This document shows positions 13,000 through 26,364 of a stretch of 64,000 nucleotides of DNA, piece after piece. The stretch is from assembly GCA_951406725.2 (NCBI GenBank), contig OX597821.1:7192001-7256000 (forward strand), written 5' to 3'. Position 1 is the first letter of the stretch. The number at the start of each line of letters is the position of its first letter. A model generated the notes under the pieces. It searched no databases. It saw nothing but the letters and a program-made list of their open reading frames with translations, and had not been told where the DNA came from. This stretch comes from Octopus vulgaris. Lineage: Eukaryota. A program made the position numbers and the translations under genes.

Positions 13000-13209
13000 A
13001 ATTAAGATCTGTATGTCGGAATAATCCTGGCCTGTGGAATTTGTAACGTCCGACAGGACTGTTTCTAATTTTTTCATATTTTTTCCTGCAATTGCCCATT
13101 TGATGTTGTGTTCATTGGCAACCCGACTAAGTTCTTCTATAACAAATTTGCCAGTGAAACCACTCGCTCCAAAAATCACAATATCAAACTCATTGTCTTT
13201 CGCTGCCAT
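13000..13209 (-). pseudogene. SCCPDH: 5' fragment (70 codons) of saccharopine dehydrogenase-like oxidoreductase, probably mRNA-derived
   Basis: MAAKDNEFDIVIFGASGFTGKFVIEELSRVANEHNIKWAIAGKNMKKLETVLSDVTNSTGQDYSDIQILI carries the Rossmann GASGFTG and WAIAG motifs of SCCPDH. Homology stops at a T run with no GT donor. Confidence 0.85.
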
Positions 13210-13279
13210 TTTCGACACAAAACAACACAACAAATATATATAAATATCTGTTATTATACTGGTTTAGCAACAGCCCTGC

Positions 13280-13357
<78 letters not shown>

Positions 13358-13380
13358 TACATGTATGTATATTTTGCACA

Positions 13381-14186
13381 CGAGGGTGTGCTGAAAAGCT
13401 CCTGACTTTCAGAGTATCGCAAATGGCCTGGTAGGAGGCCCAACTTTCTGATTTCTTCTACAGGGCTTCGAAAAACTGAAGGATCGCTGCAATAAGTGTA
13501 TGAATCTGAGAGAAGAATGTGTTGAATAAAATCATAATTAACTGAGAGGAGTGTATGAGCCGCACACAAGTGTACGAATGGTTCAGACGTTTCAAAGATG
13601 GCCGTAAAAATGTCGATATTGACGAACGTTCTGAGAGACCCACAACCAGCAGAACAAAGAAAAACATCTCAGATGTGCGTGCAACAGGGAGTGGAAATCG
13701 TCGAATTACTATCCGTGAGTTATCAGACGATGTACAGATTAGTTACGGTTCAGTTCAGTCCATCATCACTGAAGATTTGGGTATGAGACGCGTGTTTGAG
13801 AACTTTGTGCCAAAACTGCTTTCAGCTGACCAAAAAAACCCGGGTTTCAGTTGCACAAGATCTCCTTGATTGTGTCGAGAACGATGAAATCTTTTTGAAA
13901 ACTTTGCGTAGGCCTCTCACCAGGTATCACCAAGCTCTTGGCAAAATTTGATGTAGATTCTCTGCTCAACTTTCTCTGTCATTTTCAATGTGGCGATCAC
14001 ACGCTACACACCTTCCTTCCAAGCACTGCTGTAAACAGTGGAAGTAAGCTAGAACGCTAAAAATTAGTGCGCATGCGCAGCAGAGTTCAAGGTCATTCTG
14101 CGCCAAGCAGCTTTACTTTGCGTACTTTACCTTCGTTACTATGGTAACCATAGTAACGAGTCCAAATACTTATTGATCAGACCACG
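13381..14186 (+). mobile_element. Chimeric non-autonomous mariner element
   Basis: MSRTQVYEWFRRFKDGR..ERP..RRITIREL..LGMRRV..FVPKLL transposase N-terminus; the two ends resemble different mariner TIRs. Confidence 0.8.
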
Positions 14187-14311
14187 TATATATAGTTATA
14201 CATACATACATACATACATACATACAATCAAACGTTCATACAAACACGCTTACAAATGCACATACTTGCATACAGCAAGATAAAATGCGTGTGTGTGTAT
14301 ATGTGTGTGTA

Positions 14312-14353
<42 letters not shown>

Positions 14354-14689
14354 TAATATGCTATAATACATATACACCCACATGCACAAAGTGAGTGAGA
14401 GAGGGGCGGGGTAGAGAGAAGTGGTTACGTTTTGAAAGAATCGTGTTTTAAAGGAAGTTCGTTGGACAGTCGAAATAAATGAGCGAATTGGAATCCTCAC
14501 CGATGAAAGAAGACTTCCAACTCATATACACATGCCATGTCCAATTAATGATGCAATTTTAAACATGCACCAATAATATGAAGAAAAAGAACATGGGGCT
14601 TTTTTATATTTTTTTTATAAATTGCATTAAATTTTTTTATTTTTTACTTTTTTGCTTTCCTTTTTCTTTTTCAGGAAAATGCTTTTTGG

Positions 14690-14723
14690 CACTACAGCTG
14701 CCGCTGCTGCTACTACCACTACA

Positions 14724-14788
<65 letters not shown>

Positions 14789-14844
14789 CACTACTACTAC
14801 TACTACCACTACTACTACTACCACTGCTACTAATACTACTACCC

Positions 14845-14883
<39 letters not shown>

Positions 14884-14975
14884 TTACTACAACTACTACT
14901 ACTACTATTACTACTACTACTGCTACTCTTCCGCGTCCTCCTTTTCCTATTACCACTTACAATAACAATAATAAT
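14690..14975. repeat. (CTA)n array
   Basis: direct reading. Confidence 0.95.
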
Positions 14976-14979
14976 AATC

Positions 14980-15220
14980 CTTTCTACTAAAGGCACAAGG
15001 CCTGAAATTTTGGGGGCCAGGGCCAAGTCGATTCCATTGACCCCAGTACTCAACTTGTTCTTAATTTATCGACCCCTGAAAGGATGAAAAGCAAAGTCGA
15101 CCTCAACGGAATTTGAACTCGGAACGTAACGACGGGCGAAATACTGCTAAGCATTCTGTCCAGCGTGCAAACGATTCTGCCAGCTCACCGACTTGATAAT
15201 AGCAATAATGTCATTACTAT

Positions 15221-15297
<77 letters not shown>

Positions 15298-15731
15298 ATA
15301 ATAATAATAATATATTTCTTTCTTGCCTACAAGGGGCTAAACATAGAGGGGACAAACAAGGACAGACAAAGGGATTAAGTCGATTACATCGACCCCAGTG
15401 CGTAACTGGTACTTTATTTGTCGACCCCGAAAAGATGAAAGGCAAAGCCGACCTCGGCGGAATTTGAACTCAGAACATAACGGGAGATGTAACAGGAATA
15501 AGCATTTCGCCCGGCGCGCTAACGAAATGCTTAATCCTTTCTACTATAGGCACAAGACCCGAAATTTGGTGGGAGGGGACTAGTCGATTACATTGATCCC
15601 AGTATTTAATTTATCGACCCCGAAAGACAATGTCAACCTTGGCTGAACTTGAGCTCAGGACGTAGCAACAGGAAACGTACCGCTAAGCATTTCGCCCGGC
15701 GCGCTAACTATTCTGCCAGCTCGCCGCCTTG
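14980..15731 (-). mobile_element. Three tandem SINE A copies (about 14980-15195, 15315-15530, 15535-15731) with an (ATG)n block
   Basis: repeated tcgaccccgaaa..gacctcggcggaatttgaactc..gccagctc. Confidence 0.85.
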
Positions 15732-15772
15732 AAAACAATAATAATAATAATAATAATAACAATAATACTAAA

Positions 15773-16329
15773 AATGCCCTGATGCAGTACCAGGCAGAGG
15801 CTCTCATGGCTTCTGATCTTAACTGATTGGAAGTGTTATCATGTACATTGTTTTGTCTTGGTATAAAAGATGGGCTACAGCAAATATTCTGCTCAATACC
15901 ACAGATTTGCTTGTCAGTTGTTTGACCTTAACCAGTTGTGCATGTCCCTTAGTGGCTGACGATATGTGCATCTCTGATCACGAGCAGAAGTAGTGGGGGA
16001 CCATCATAGCCATGTGTTGAGAGGGATTCTTTGGGGTTTGAATAGTTCACCTCTGGAAACATGGGTGGTTCTTTCAACATCCTTAAACAACCCTTATTCA
16101 GGGACCGTTTGAGCGGGATGGGCTACTCAACCTGAAGAAAATTCTAACTGGGCCCCACCTGCAAGGTCATGTGCTGTTTATCTTGATATGAGATCACCAT
16201 GTCGCGCACATATGGTTGTGATGCATGTGCCTGGTGTACCTTTATCAGACGGGTAGTCATGATGGGTATATTGGGCTTCGTATATTTTACCCCAGTGTCA
16301 CTTTGATGGCATGAATTGCTCTCTCACTC
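15773..16329. mobile_element. ~560-bp insertion bounded by (AAT)n on both sides, unclassified
   Basis: complex sequence splitting an AAT array; single copy here, no ORF recognised. Confidence 0.4.
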
Positions 16330-16399
<70 letters not shown>

Positions 16400-16410
16400 G
16401 TTAATAATAA

Positions 16411-17560
16411 TGCTTTCTTTATCAACTGCTAAGGGTTCACAAAAAACAAGATAATACAATGTGAAGTTGCATGAAATGAAGCGAGTAAATAGTGAAAACG
16501 ATAACGAAATAAAAAAGGGTGAGACTTCCAAGAGATGCTCGCAGAAACCCCGCAAAAACTACGGTGGCTCTGACCACTTGGGCAAATGCCCTTTCCTCAT
16601 CGTCTATAGAGGCGTGCTTAGGGTTCACTCGAGCCATGCTTACAACATTCACCCACATGTCAACACTTCCCTGTCTCCACTCGCTTTCCTTTTCAAGTGA
16701 AACTTCAAAAAGTTGATGAGGTACCTGCACTTCCATACCTGCACTTCCAAACCAGCAATGCCCTCCGGTAGCACTGCTAGGCCAATGATTTCTAGAAATT
16801 ATCTTTTGGCCCCGGCCCGAATGTCGTCCGAAACAGACAAACCAGTTGATTCTCGTCTACGCCTAGAGTCTTTCCGAGAACATCATCTCACTTGCCTGCC
16901 ACTAACCTTCCATAGAACGCCAAAGTGGAACATCTACCGACTGCATTGCCCGAAAGACAGAGGATTGTGAGCGCCTGACGACACCTTCGGTGCCAGGCGC
17001 CCTGCCTCAGTCTACGCTTTATCCAGGATTGCAGCTCGGATAAAGAGACGAGCCGTAGAAAATCCTGTCTGATAAACGGCGACCACACCTGCTCACTGTC
17101 TAGGAATCGCTGAAGATGTCATAGCCTCAGAGCATACCTGCACATCAGCAGCCACGACATACCCAACCCTCCATTCAGCATATATTGAAAGCAAAACGAG
17201 TACTTAACTAGTGGAAAGCGTCCCTTCCACAGAAAGCGAAAGAGTACGCGCCCCAATCTGGTCAGACGTAAACCGGGACGAGGCACGACAGTCAGACGGT
17301 GGAGACGATGTAAGCATTCGTCTCCACCATTGCCGACCGGTGGTTTCCACATCTCCTCCAGCTGGTTATTTACACACTTTCTGTGCCCTATCAGTATTTG
17401 CAAAGGAAAGTCATTATCATGTGCTCCGTTCGTCAAAGTTAGCTCCTTTCACCATCCCTCGAGCAACGACTGCGGCAACGTCTCCTAGAGGCGTTGAGGA
17501 GCCTCCCGCGTCACCTAAGATGCTGAAGATTTGTATCGGCATGTGCGCATGACATCACCA
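16411..17560 (-). mobile_element. Decayed 5'-truncated L1/Tx1-type LINE (RT C-terminal part)
   Basis: LFRFLWKG..LV......GGLGM motif typical of L1/Tx1 ORF2; 3' end runs into (ATT)n. Confidence 0.75.
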
Positions 17561-18279
17561 TCATGATGTCAGGCACAAAATCACGGCCTCCCTGACCACT
17601 ACAGTAAGTGCTCTCTTCCCTTCCTTACCAGAGGCAACCTCTTATACCTACCCAACGATGTCATTCTAGAAATAAACAATTGCATCATTGAAATCTCAAA
17701 GCTACAAGGTAGAGTAGGATAAATTCAAAATAATGTGAAAGAGTAATCCAAATGCTTGGGCCTACCGTTATACGTTTATAAGGGCCTACCCAAGGTAAAT
17801 GGAGAACAAAGGGATCTATAGGTAGCAAATGGTTGGGAACCACTACTTAAGCCTTCATCTTCTTGTGTAAAGCCTTAATACTCTCAAGGTTTGTAGTCAT
17901 GCAAGGGAGTGGTGACCTCATTTAGTACAGGTGGCATGTAACAAAAATCACCCAGATCATGTTGTAAAGTGGATGGCTTCAGGAAGGACATCCAACGGTA
18001 GAATGCAAGCCAAAGCAGGCTGGGGAATATGATGCAGTGGTTGGAACCATCAGATTCTTATCAAACCATCCTGTTCATGCCAGCCTGGAATATGAATGAC
18101 GATGATGATATGTGTGTGTCTATGTATGTATGTGTGTGTTTGTGTGAGTACATGTGCACATGTATATATACAAGCACACACACATAAGTACATATATGTA
18201 GTATCTATCTATTTATCTACCTATCTATCTATCTATATACATACATATATAAATAGATGCCTAAATAAACAGATTGATG

Positions 18280-18521
18280 TATAAATATATATACATATAT
18301 ACACATATACATATATATATACATATACATATACATATATATATATACATATATATACATATACATATATATACATATACATATACATATACATATATAT
18401 ATATATATATACATATATATACATATATATATACGTATATATACATATATATAACATATATATATACATATATATACACATATATATACATATATATATA
18501 CATATATATATACACATACAC

Positions 18522-18554
<33 letters not shown>

Positions 18555-18640
18555 TATGTATATATATGTATATATATATGTATATATATGTATATGTATA
18601 TATATATGTATATATATGTATATATACGTATATGTATATA

Positions 18641-18675
<35 letters not shown>

Positions 18676-19007
18676 ATATGTATATGTATATATATGTATA
18701 CATATATATATGTATATATATATGTATATATATGTGTATATATATGTATATATATATGTATATATATGTATATATACGTATATATATATATGTATATATA
18801 TGTATATATATGTATATATATGTATATGTATATGTATATATATGTATATGTATATATATATGTATACATATATATACATATACATATACATATACATATA
18901 TATACATATACATATATATACATATATATACATATATATACATATATATATACGTATATATACATATATATACATATATATACACATATATATACATATA
19001 TATATAC

Positions 19008-19042
<35 letters not shown>

Positions 19043-19061
19043 CATATATATATACATATAC

Positions 19062-19116
<55 letters not shown>

Positions 19117-19120
19117 ATTC
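18280..19120. repeat. Long (TA/TACA/TATG)n array
   Basis: direct reading. Confidence 0.95.
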
Positions 19121-19820
19121 ACATACAAACATGTGTGTGAGTGTATATGTATATTTATACATCTACCTACCTGTCTCTCTTTTTCTCTCTTTCTATACAT
19201 ACACACACACACATATATATATGCACACACATGCACACATACACACATATACACATACACTCATGCACACACATGTTTCATATATGATGTGTGTGTTTAC
19301 ATACGCCCTGAGGTACTTAGGAGACACAATGAAACGTACATTTACATGGACGTCGTTTGTTTGCAATACATTGAATGACTACAGAGAACAGAGGTGGGGG
19401 AGAGAGAGAGAGATAGAAAGGGAGAAAGCAACAGAGAGAGAGTGAATGAGAGAGCGACAGAGAAAGTGACAGAGAGACAGACAGATAGAAAGAGACAGAT
19501 GGACTGACAGACAGACAGACAGATTTAGGCAAGCCGGCAGGCATAAAAATACAATGAAACAAGATATATAGAGAGATATAGGATAGAGGGAAGCGTAGAA
19601 GACGTTGGGATGTCGATGTGTCGTAAGAGACCAGATAACATCAACTGACCATGTTATATCGATCTGCAGATCAAAGATTGAGGCTTTCGTCTGTTTATTT
19701 TTAGACGGACATAAAGAAAGTGACAGGGGAGAAACGGAGACAGAGACAGGCAAGGATATATGTATATATGTATATATGTGTGTGTGTTTAGGTAGGTACA
19801 TATATATTATATATATACAT

Positions 19821-19902
<82 letters not shown>

Positions 19903-19950
19903 AAGAAAGAGGGGAAGATGATAGATAGAAAATAGCCGAGACAGACAGGG

Positions 19951-19995
<45 letters not shown>

Positions 19996-20137
19996 TGTGT
20001 ATGTATGTATGTATGTGTGTGTGTGTGTGTATATATACACACACATACATACATATACATACATACATACATACACACATATATGTACAGAGAGAGGGGA
20101 GAAGGAAAGAAGGACAGATAGACTGATACAGAGTGAA

Positions 20138-20185
<48 letters not shown>

Positions 20186-20613
20186 TGATTAACAGCGAGA
20201 GACACAGACTGAGCCAGAAATATCGAGATTGAGAGAGAGAGAGAGAGAGGAAAGAGAGAGAGAGAACGAGAGAGAGAGAAAGAGAGAGAGAGAAATAAGA
20301 GAGAGAGAAATAAGACAGAGAGAAATAAGACAGAGAGAGAAAGACAGAGAGGGACGGAGAGACACAAAGAGAGGGAGACAGTGAGTGAAAGACTGAGGGG
20401 GACAAAGTGAGAGAGCGGTAATAGAAGTAGTAATAGAACAGATATCCTCAACTGATCAATAAGTATTGATTTGTATTACGGATAACTTTTATCAAATTGT
20501 TGATGCTATTCTTCAAAGTGGTCAAACTGCTTTATTACAGTGTGTAGGGAGTATTAGGAACACACCCAACTGGTACTCCTGTTGTTCTATACATATACTA
20601 TATATATAGGTGT

Positions 20614-20960
20614 GAAGGTGCATGGCTCAGTGGTAAGAGTGTCAAGCTTACGATCGTGAGGTTGTGAGTTCGTTTCCCGTACAGGGCTGCGTGTTGTGTT
20701 CTTGAGCAAGACACTTTATTTCACATTGCTCCAGTTCACTCAGCTGCAGAAATGAGTTGTGACGTCCTTTGCCTTTCATTTGGATAACATCAGTGGTGTG
20801 GAGAGGAGAGGCTGGTATGCACAGACAACTGCTGGTCTTCCATGAAAACAAACCAAGGTTGTGCATTCATTCACTGGTGAGGTGACTTTCCACCCAGATT
20901 TGTACCCTGGAGCGGAACCTTTGAGGTGCACTCATGGTCATTCGTGACCGACGGAGTCTT
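20614..20960 (+). mobile_element. tRNA-derived SINE family C
   Basis: tggctcagtggt A-box, gagttcg B-box; body shared with 38745, 39390 and 47099. Confidence 0.85.
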
Positions 20961-20992
20961 TATACTATATATATACTATTATAAATACGATC

Positions 20993-21055
<63 letters not shown>

Positions 21056-21071
21056 AGATGGATAGATAGAT

Positions 21072-21930
21072 GCAGACATGGCCTAGTGATAAGTTTGCTT
21101 CCTTCCCAGCCACATGGTTCCTGGTTCAGTCCCACTGTGTGGCACCTTGGGCAAGTGTCTTCTACTATAGCCTCGGGCTGACCAAAGCCTTGTGAGTAGA
21201 TTTAGTAGACGGAAACAGAAAGAAACCCATCGTATATTTATATACATCTGTGTGTGAGTGTGTGTGTGCATGTCCATACGTGTGTGTGTACATGTACATG
21301 TGTGTGTGTGTATGCATGTGTGTGCGTGTGTGTGTATGTGTGTTTTGTCATAGCATTTATCTATTATGGCATCCGTAGAGAATCTCCATCTTTGATATTC
21401 AAACTGGCAAATACTAGGTCCCTTGACACACACTTCAGCCCCATAAAAAAAATTAAAAGTGCACTTAGCCTCATCAGCAGATTTATTAATTAAAAACGAA
21501 AATACTACACAGTTTCCATCCTTACAGGAACGTGGATAATTTATAAGCACAGGCTTGGCTGTGTGGTTAAGAGGCTCATAACTTGAGCACATGGTTTCAG
21601 GTCCATTTCCAATATGCTCTACCTCAGGTAAGCGTCTTCATCTATAGCCCTGGGCCAACCAATGCATTGTGAAAGGATTTGGTAGCTGGAAACTGAAAGA
21701 AGCCTGTTGTACATCGTATGTTTTATCTTTTACTTGTTTCAGTCATTAGACTGCGGCCATGCTGGGGCACTGCCCTGAAGAATTTTAGTCAAATAAATCA
21801 ATCTTAGTATTTGTTATTTTTTAGTAAAGCCACGTACTTAGTTTATCAGTCTTTTTTTTACCAAACTACTAAGTTACAGGGATGTAAGCACCAATACCAG
21901 TTGTCAAGTAGTGGAGGGGGACAAACACAT
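21072..21930. mobile_element. Cluster of SINE B halves (21072-21235 +, 21547-21710 +, 21722-21930 -)
   Basis: matches to the family B head and tail. Confidence 0.75.
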
Positions 21931-21960
21931 ACATAAACACACACACACACATACACATGG

Positions 21961-21991
<31 letters not shown>

Positions 21992-21994
21992 ACA

Positions 21995-22261
21995 AAACGT
22001 GGCCGATGCCAGCGCTTCGTTGCCTGGCTTCTGTGCCGGTGGCACGTAAAAAGCACCAACCAATCGTGGCCGATGCCAGCCTCCCCTGGCACGTAAAAAG
22101 CACCCACTACACTCATGGAGTGGTTGGCGTTAGGAAGGACATACAGCTGTAGAAATACTGCCAGATCAGACTGGAGCCTGGTGCAGCCTCCTGGCGTCCC
22201 AGACCCCGGTCGAACCGTCCAACCCGTGCTAGCACGGAAAACGAACGTTAAACGATGATGA

Positions 22262-22265
<4 letters not shown>
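21995..22265 (+). mobile_element. SINE-like family D with (ATG)n tail
   Basis: ggcacgtaaaaagcac..ggttggcgttaggaa..cgttaaacgatgatg; second copy at 31110-31345. Confidence 0.8.
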
Positions 22266-22304
<39 letters not shown>

Positions 22305-22339
22305 TATTCACCATACTTGACCGCTAAATCTACAAGTGT

Positions 22340-24005
22340 TTTTGTTGTTGGTGGTGTTAATGTTGTTGTTGTTAGTGTTAGTGTTGTTTTCGGTGGTGGT
22401 GGTGGTGGTGGTGGTGGTGGTGGTGGTGGTTGTGGTGGTGGTGGTGGTGGTGGTGGTGGTGGTGGTGGTGGTGGTGGTGCTATTGGTGGTGGTGGTGTTG
22501 GCGTTGCTGTTGTGGTTGTTGCTGTGGTAGGTGTTGGTGGTAAATTGTCCCGTGGATTCAGTCTGGCAAACAAGTAGGCCACAACAGGATTTGAACTCAA
22601 AGCACAAAGAGTTGGAACAGAAACCAAAGAGCATCCCAACCGATTCCCTATCTCAGATCGATGCCTCATCTATTGGTCCTATCCTTGGAAGGATGGAGAT
22701 GAAAATTGAGCATAGTGAGAAGAGAAATCTGAAGGCAAGAAGTCGGCATCACCATCACCATCACAATCATCACCAGCATTAGCACTACCACCGCTACCAT
22801 CACCATCACCTAGCACCATCACCACTGTCACAGCTACCACCATCACTGCATGTACGACGACCACCGTCACCACCACTACAACTACTACTACCACCACCAC
22901 CACCATTACCACCACTACCACCACCACCACAACCACCACCACCACCACAACCACCACCACCATCACCACCAACGCTATCACCACAACTACCACCACCACC
23001 ATCGTCACTTCCACCATCACTTCACCAGCAACAACAACACGAGAACTGTCACCTTTATGAGCACTAACTACCACCATTTGTGCGTGTGTGTGTGTGTGTG
23101 TGTAGTTGCCATAGGTATGTGAATGGTCATCAGGTAAAAGCTGCTTTTGTAATTAGTAAAAAACAGAAAAAAGGGTTAGTAGGTGTTTAGGTCAAAGGTA
23201 TTTTAGTGCAATGGAGGGGAGGAGGAGGGGGAGGAAGTGGTGGTTGTGGTGGCGGCAGCGGCTTTGGTGGTTGCAGTGGTGCTGGTGGTGCTGGTGGTTG
23301 CAGTGGCGGTGGTAGTGGTGGCGCTGGTGGTGTTGGTGGTGGAGGAGGAGTGGGGGAAGATGAGGAGAGGCAGGAGGACTTCCTAATAAGATCTCAGTCA
23401 TGCTGGATTGACTATGAGAAGAATTTTGGTGATGGCGGAGGAAGGGGTTGGTTTCTCTGGAAGACATTGTGAAGGGATGAGTATTGGACCCAAACAATGA
23501 CAGCGGGGGGGGGGCAGTGGTGCTGGTGCTGGTGCTAATGGTTGTGGTGGTGGTGTTGGTGATAGTGATAGTGATAGTTATAGTGGGGGGGGGGAGTTAT
23601 AGCAATGGAAGTGGGGAAGATGGTTGCAGTGAAGGTGGTGGTAGTGGTGGGTTTATAGCGATGTTTATGGTGGAGATGAAATATGGTGAAGGTGGTCGTG
23701 GTGGTTGATATTGTGATGGTGGTGGCAGTGGTAGTGGTTGCGGTATTACTGGTGGTGGTGGTTTTGGTGGTTTGGGCTGTAGTGGTGGTTATGGTGATGA
23801 CATTGGCAGTGGTGGAAGTGGTGGAGAAGGTGGATGATGGCTGTGACAATGGTAACAATGATAGTAGTGGTGGTGGTGGTGGTGGTGGTGGTGGTGGTGG
23901 TGGTGGTGGTGGTGGTGGTAGTGGTGGTTGTGGTGGTGGTGGTGGTGGTGGTGGTGGTGGTGGTGGTGGTGGCGGCGATGGTGGCGGCGGCAGCATTGGT
24001 GGTTG
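22340..24005. repeat. Alternating (GGT)n, (ACC)n, (GGT)n blocks
   Basis: direct reading. Confidence 0.9.
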
Positions 24006-24440
24006 CAGTGTTATCTGTAGCAATGTTATTAGTACTATAACTTACCATTATCATAATGGCATGCAAGAATAAATGAAGTGTAAACTACCAAATGGCTTTA
24101 GAACAGGAATGAGAACTCTTGAAGGATTATTCATTCCTTGTTTCATTTTTCTAAAGAGCTATTTCGCTGAACCAGTAACTTACAAGAATGTAAACAAACC
24201 AACACTGGTTGCCAAGCAAGATATTTTAAAATAAAGTTCTGTACAAGTAAGTTTCAGATGGTGTAGCTTCTGTTGACAAAAAGTGAGTAACCCTATCATG
24301 GACTTGCATCTCATCCAGGTGGGGAATATATACGTCACAGGAAGCAGGAGACTGGTTTTATAAGCCTGTTGCTCCAGAAGGGAGCTTTATCAGTTTTAAC
24401 TTTGCTTCTTCATAACTTTGTGTAAATTGGATAGTTTTAA

Positions 24441-24660
24441 CCCTTTAACATTTAAACTGGCTATATCAGGCCCAAATTCTCTATCTGTTTTATGTTCAAA
24501 CTAACCAGATCCAACCTCTCACACCTATCCAACAATGTCATTCTAAAAATATACAATCACTTCATTGAAATTTCAAAGCTATGAGATAGTGCATGATTAA
24601 TTCAGAATGATGTGAATAAATAAGCATTACATTTGACAGAGTAACCTGAATGCTAAAGGG
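24441..24660. mobile_element. piggyBac-like MITE
   Basis: TTAA|ccctttaacatt ... aatgctaaaggg|TTGA. Confidence 0.65.
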
Positions 24661-24676
24661 TTGAATACAATTTTCT

Positions 24677-24858
24677 AGGTGCAGGAGTGGCTGTGTGGTA
24701 AGTAGCTTGCTTACCAACCACGTGGTCCTGGCTGGGTTCAGTCCTACTGCATGGCATCTTTGGCAAGTGTCTTCTACTATAGCCTCGGGCCAACCAAAGC
24801 CCTGTGAGTGGATCTGATAAATGGAAACTGGAAGAAGCCCGTCGTATATGCATATATA

Positions 24859-24900
<42 letters not shown>

Positions 24901-25090
24901 CAACATCACTTTACAACCGGTGCTGGTGTGTTTATGTCCCTGTAACTTAGCGGTTCGGCAAAAGAGACTGACAGAATAAGTACTAGGCTTACAAAGAATA
25001 GACTCTGGGGTTGATTTGCTTGACTATAAACGTGGTGCTCCAGCATGGCCACAGTCAAATGACTGAAACAAGTAAAAGAGTAAAAGAGTA
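24677..25090 (+). mobile_element. Full SINE B
   Basis: tRNA-like head, internal TA/TG microsatellite, (taaaagag)n tail. Confidence 0.9.
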
Positions 25091-25249
25091 ACAAACAAGT
25101 TTCTGATGATGCAGAGTGGGATTAGAAAATTGATATCCAAAAACAAAAATTGGGGCTGGATAATTCACATCCCTTAACTTTTTTTGGTCATGATTTGATG
25201 AAGTGCATCAATAATCTCAAAGACCACCTCTAATTATTTTTCCACATCA

Positions 25250-25317
<68 letters not shown>

Positions 25318-25789
25318 AGTGTGTGTGTTTATGTATCTTTATGTCAGTGTTTGTACCCACCCACACACCCCTGCTTGATAACTGGTACTGGTTTCTTTAC
25401 ATCCCATAACTTACTGGTCTGGCAAAAGAAACCAATAGAATAAGTACTAGATTTTTAAAAAATAAGTTCTGGAGTTGATTTATTTGACTAAAATTCCTCA
25501 AGGCAGTGCCCCAGTATGGCCACAAGCTAATGGCTGAAACAAGTAAAAGGTAATTACAATCTTCAATCTCTGAAACATACTTCTTGAAAATCTTATTTAA
25601 AAATATCCACTTTTCAGAAAGTTATGAGGAAACAAAGTCATTGAGTGGTAACATACACATATGTCATTATGCCACCGATGGAAGGTATGAACAAGTGATA
25701 ATTCCTTTATTATCTTTTGAAAGAGAGAATCTACAGAGTAAATGACAAAGGAATGGCCAACAAAATAGACAAAGAAAATAAAATATTTT

Positions 25790-26360
25790 TTATCTTTTTT
25801 TTCACTTGTTTTAGTCATTGGACTGTGGCCATGCTGGGGCACGACCTAGAAAGGGTTTTAGTTGAGTAAATCAACTCTGATACTTTTTTTGTCTTAAAAC
25901 CTGGTACTTATTTTATCAGTCTCTAATGGCCAAAGTGCTAAGTTACAGGGATGTAAAGAAACCGACACTTGTTGTCAAGTGGTGGTGGTGGGAGACAAAC
26001 ACAAACACACACACACACACATATATATATACAACAGTTTCTATCTACCAAATCTTGACTTGACAGCATTCACCCAGGGTGGGTTGAGTGGCTTCATTCA
26101 TCCTCAATGCTGCATCTCTCACAAACACCGACCAGACCTGGCAATTTGAGGCTAACGACCACGTGATCTCCAACCACTCCTTATTCCAGCAGCGAACGCC
26201 GTAGATATGGGGGCCTAGGTTGGGTTCCAGATCAGCCTTGACTGATCTACCAAATCTATGTACAATTCTATAGCAGAAGACACTTGCCCAAGGTGCCATG
26301 CAGTGGGACTGAACCCAGAACCTTGTGGTTAGGAAGTAAATGTCTTACTACACAGACATT
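25790..26360 (-). mobile_element. SINE B interrupted by an RTE 3' end
   Basis: family B tail and head on either side of the insert. Confidence 0.75.
26056..26244 (-). mobile_element. 5'-truncated RTE-like LINE end with 13-bp TSD
   Basis: atctaccaaatct at 26043-26055 and 26245-26257; VKADLEPNLGPHIYGVRCWNKEW..LA....W..FVRD. Confidence 0.7.
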
Positions 26361-26364
26361 TCAG

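Larger units (their letters stand above)
11980..13280 (-). mobile_element. AT-rich HHR-bearing element between (TA)n runs, carrying the SCCPDH fragment and a nested Helitron
   Basis: TA arrays at about 11967 and 13280; HHR at 12661-12760 on the same strand as SCCPDH. Confidence 0.6.

Noticed and set aside
12214-13209. Helitron capture as the source of the SCCPDH fragment
   Set aside because: The Helitron has both termini within 12214-12611 and the fragment lies outside it.
14490-14545. Possible minus-strand micro-exon MACVYELEVFFH with gtgag donor
   Set aside because: No recognisable protein similarity and no supporting exons.
18229-19445. Long YI/HT-rich ORFs (also at 9.3-11.3 kb and 30.3-31.3 kb)
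   Set aside because: Dinucleotide arrays lack stop codons.
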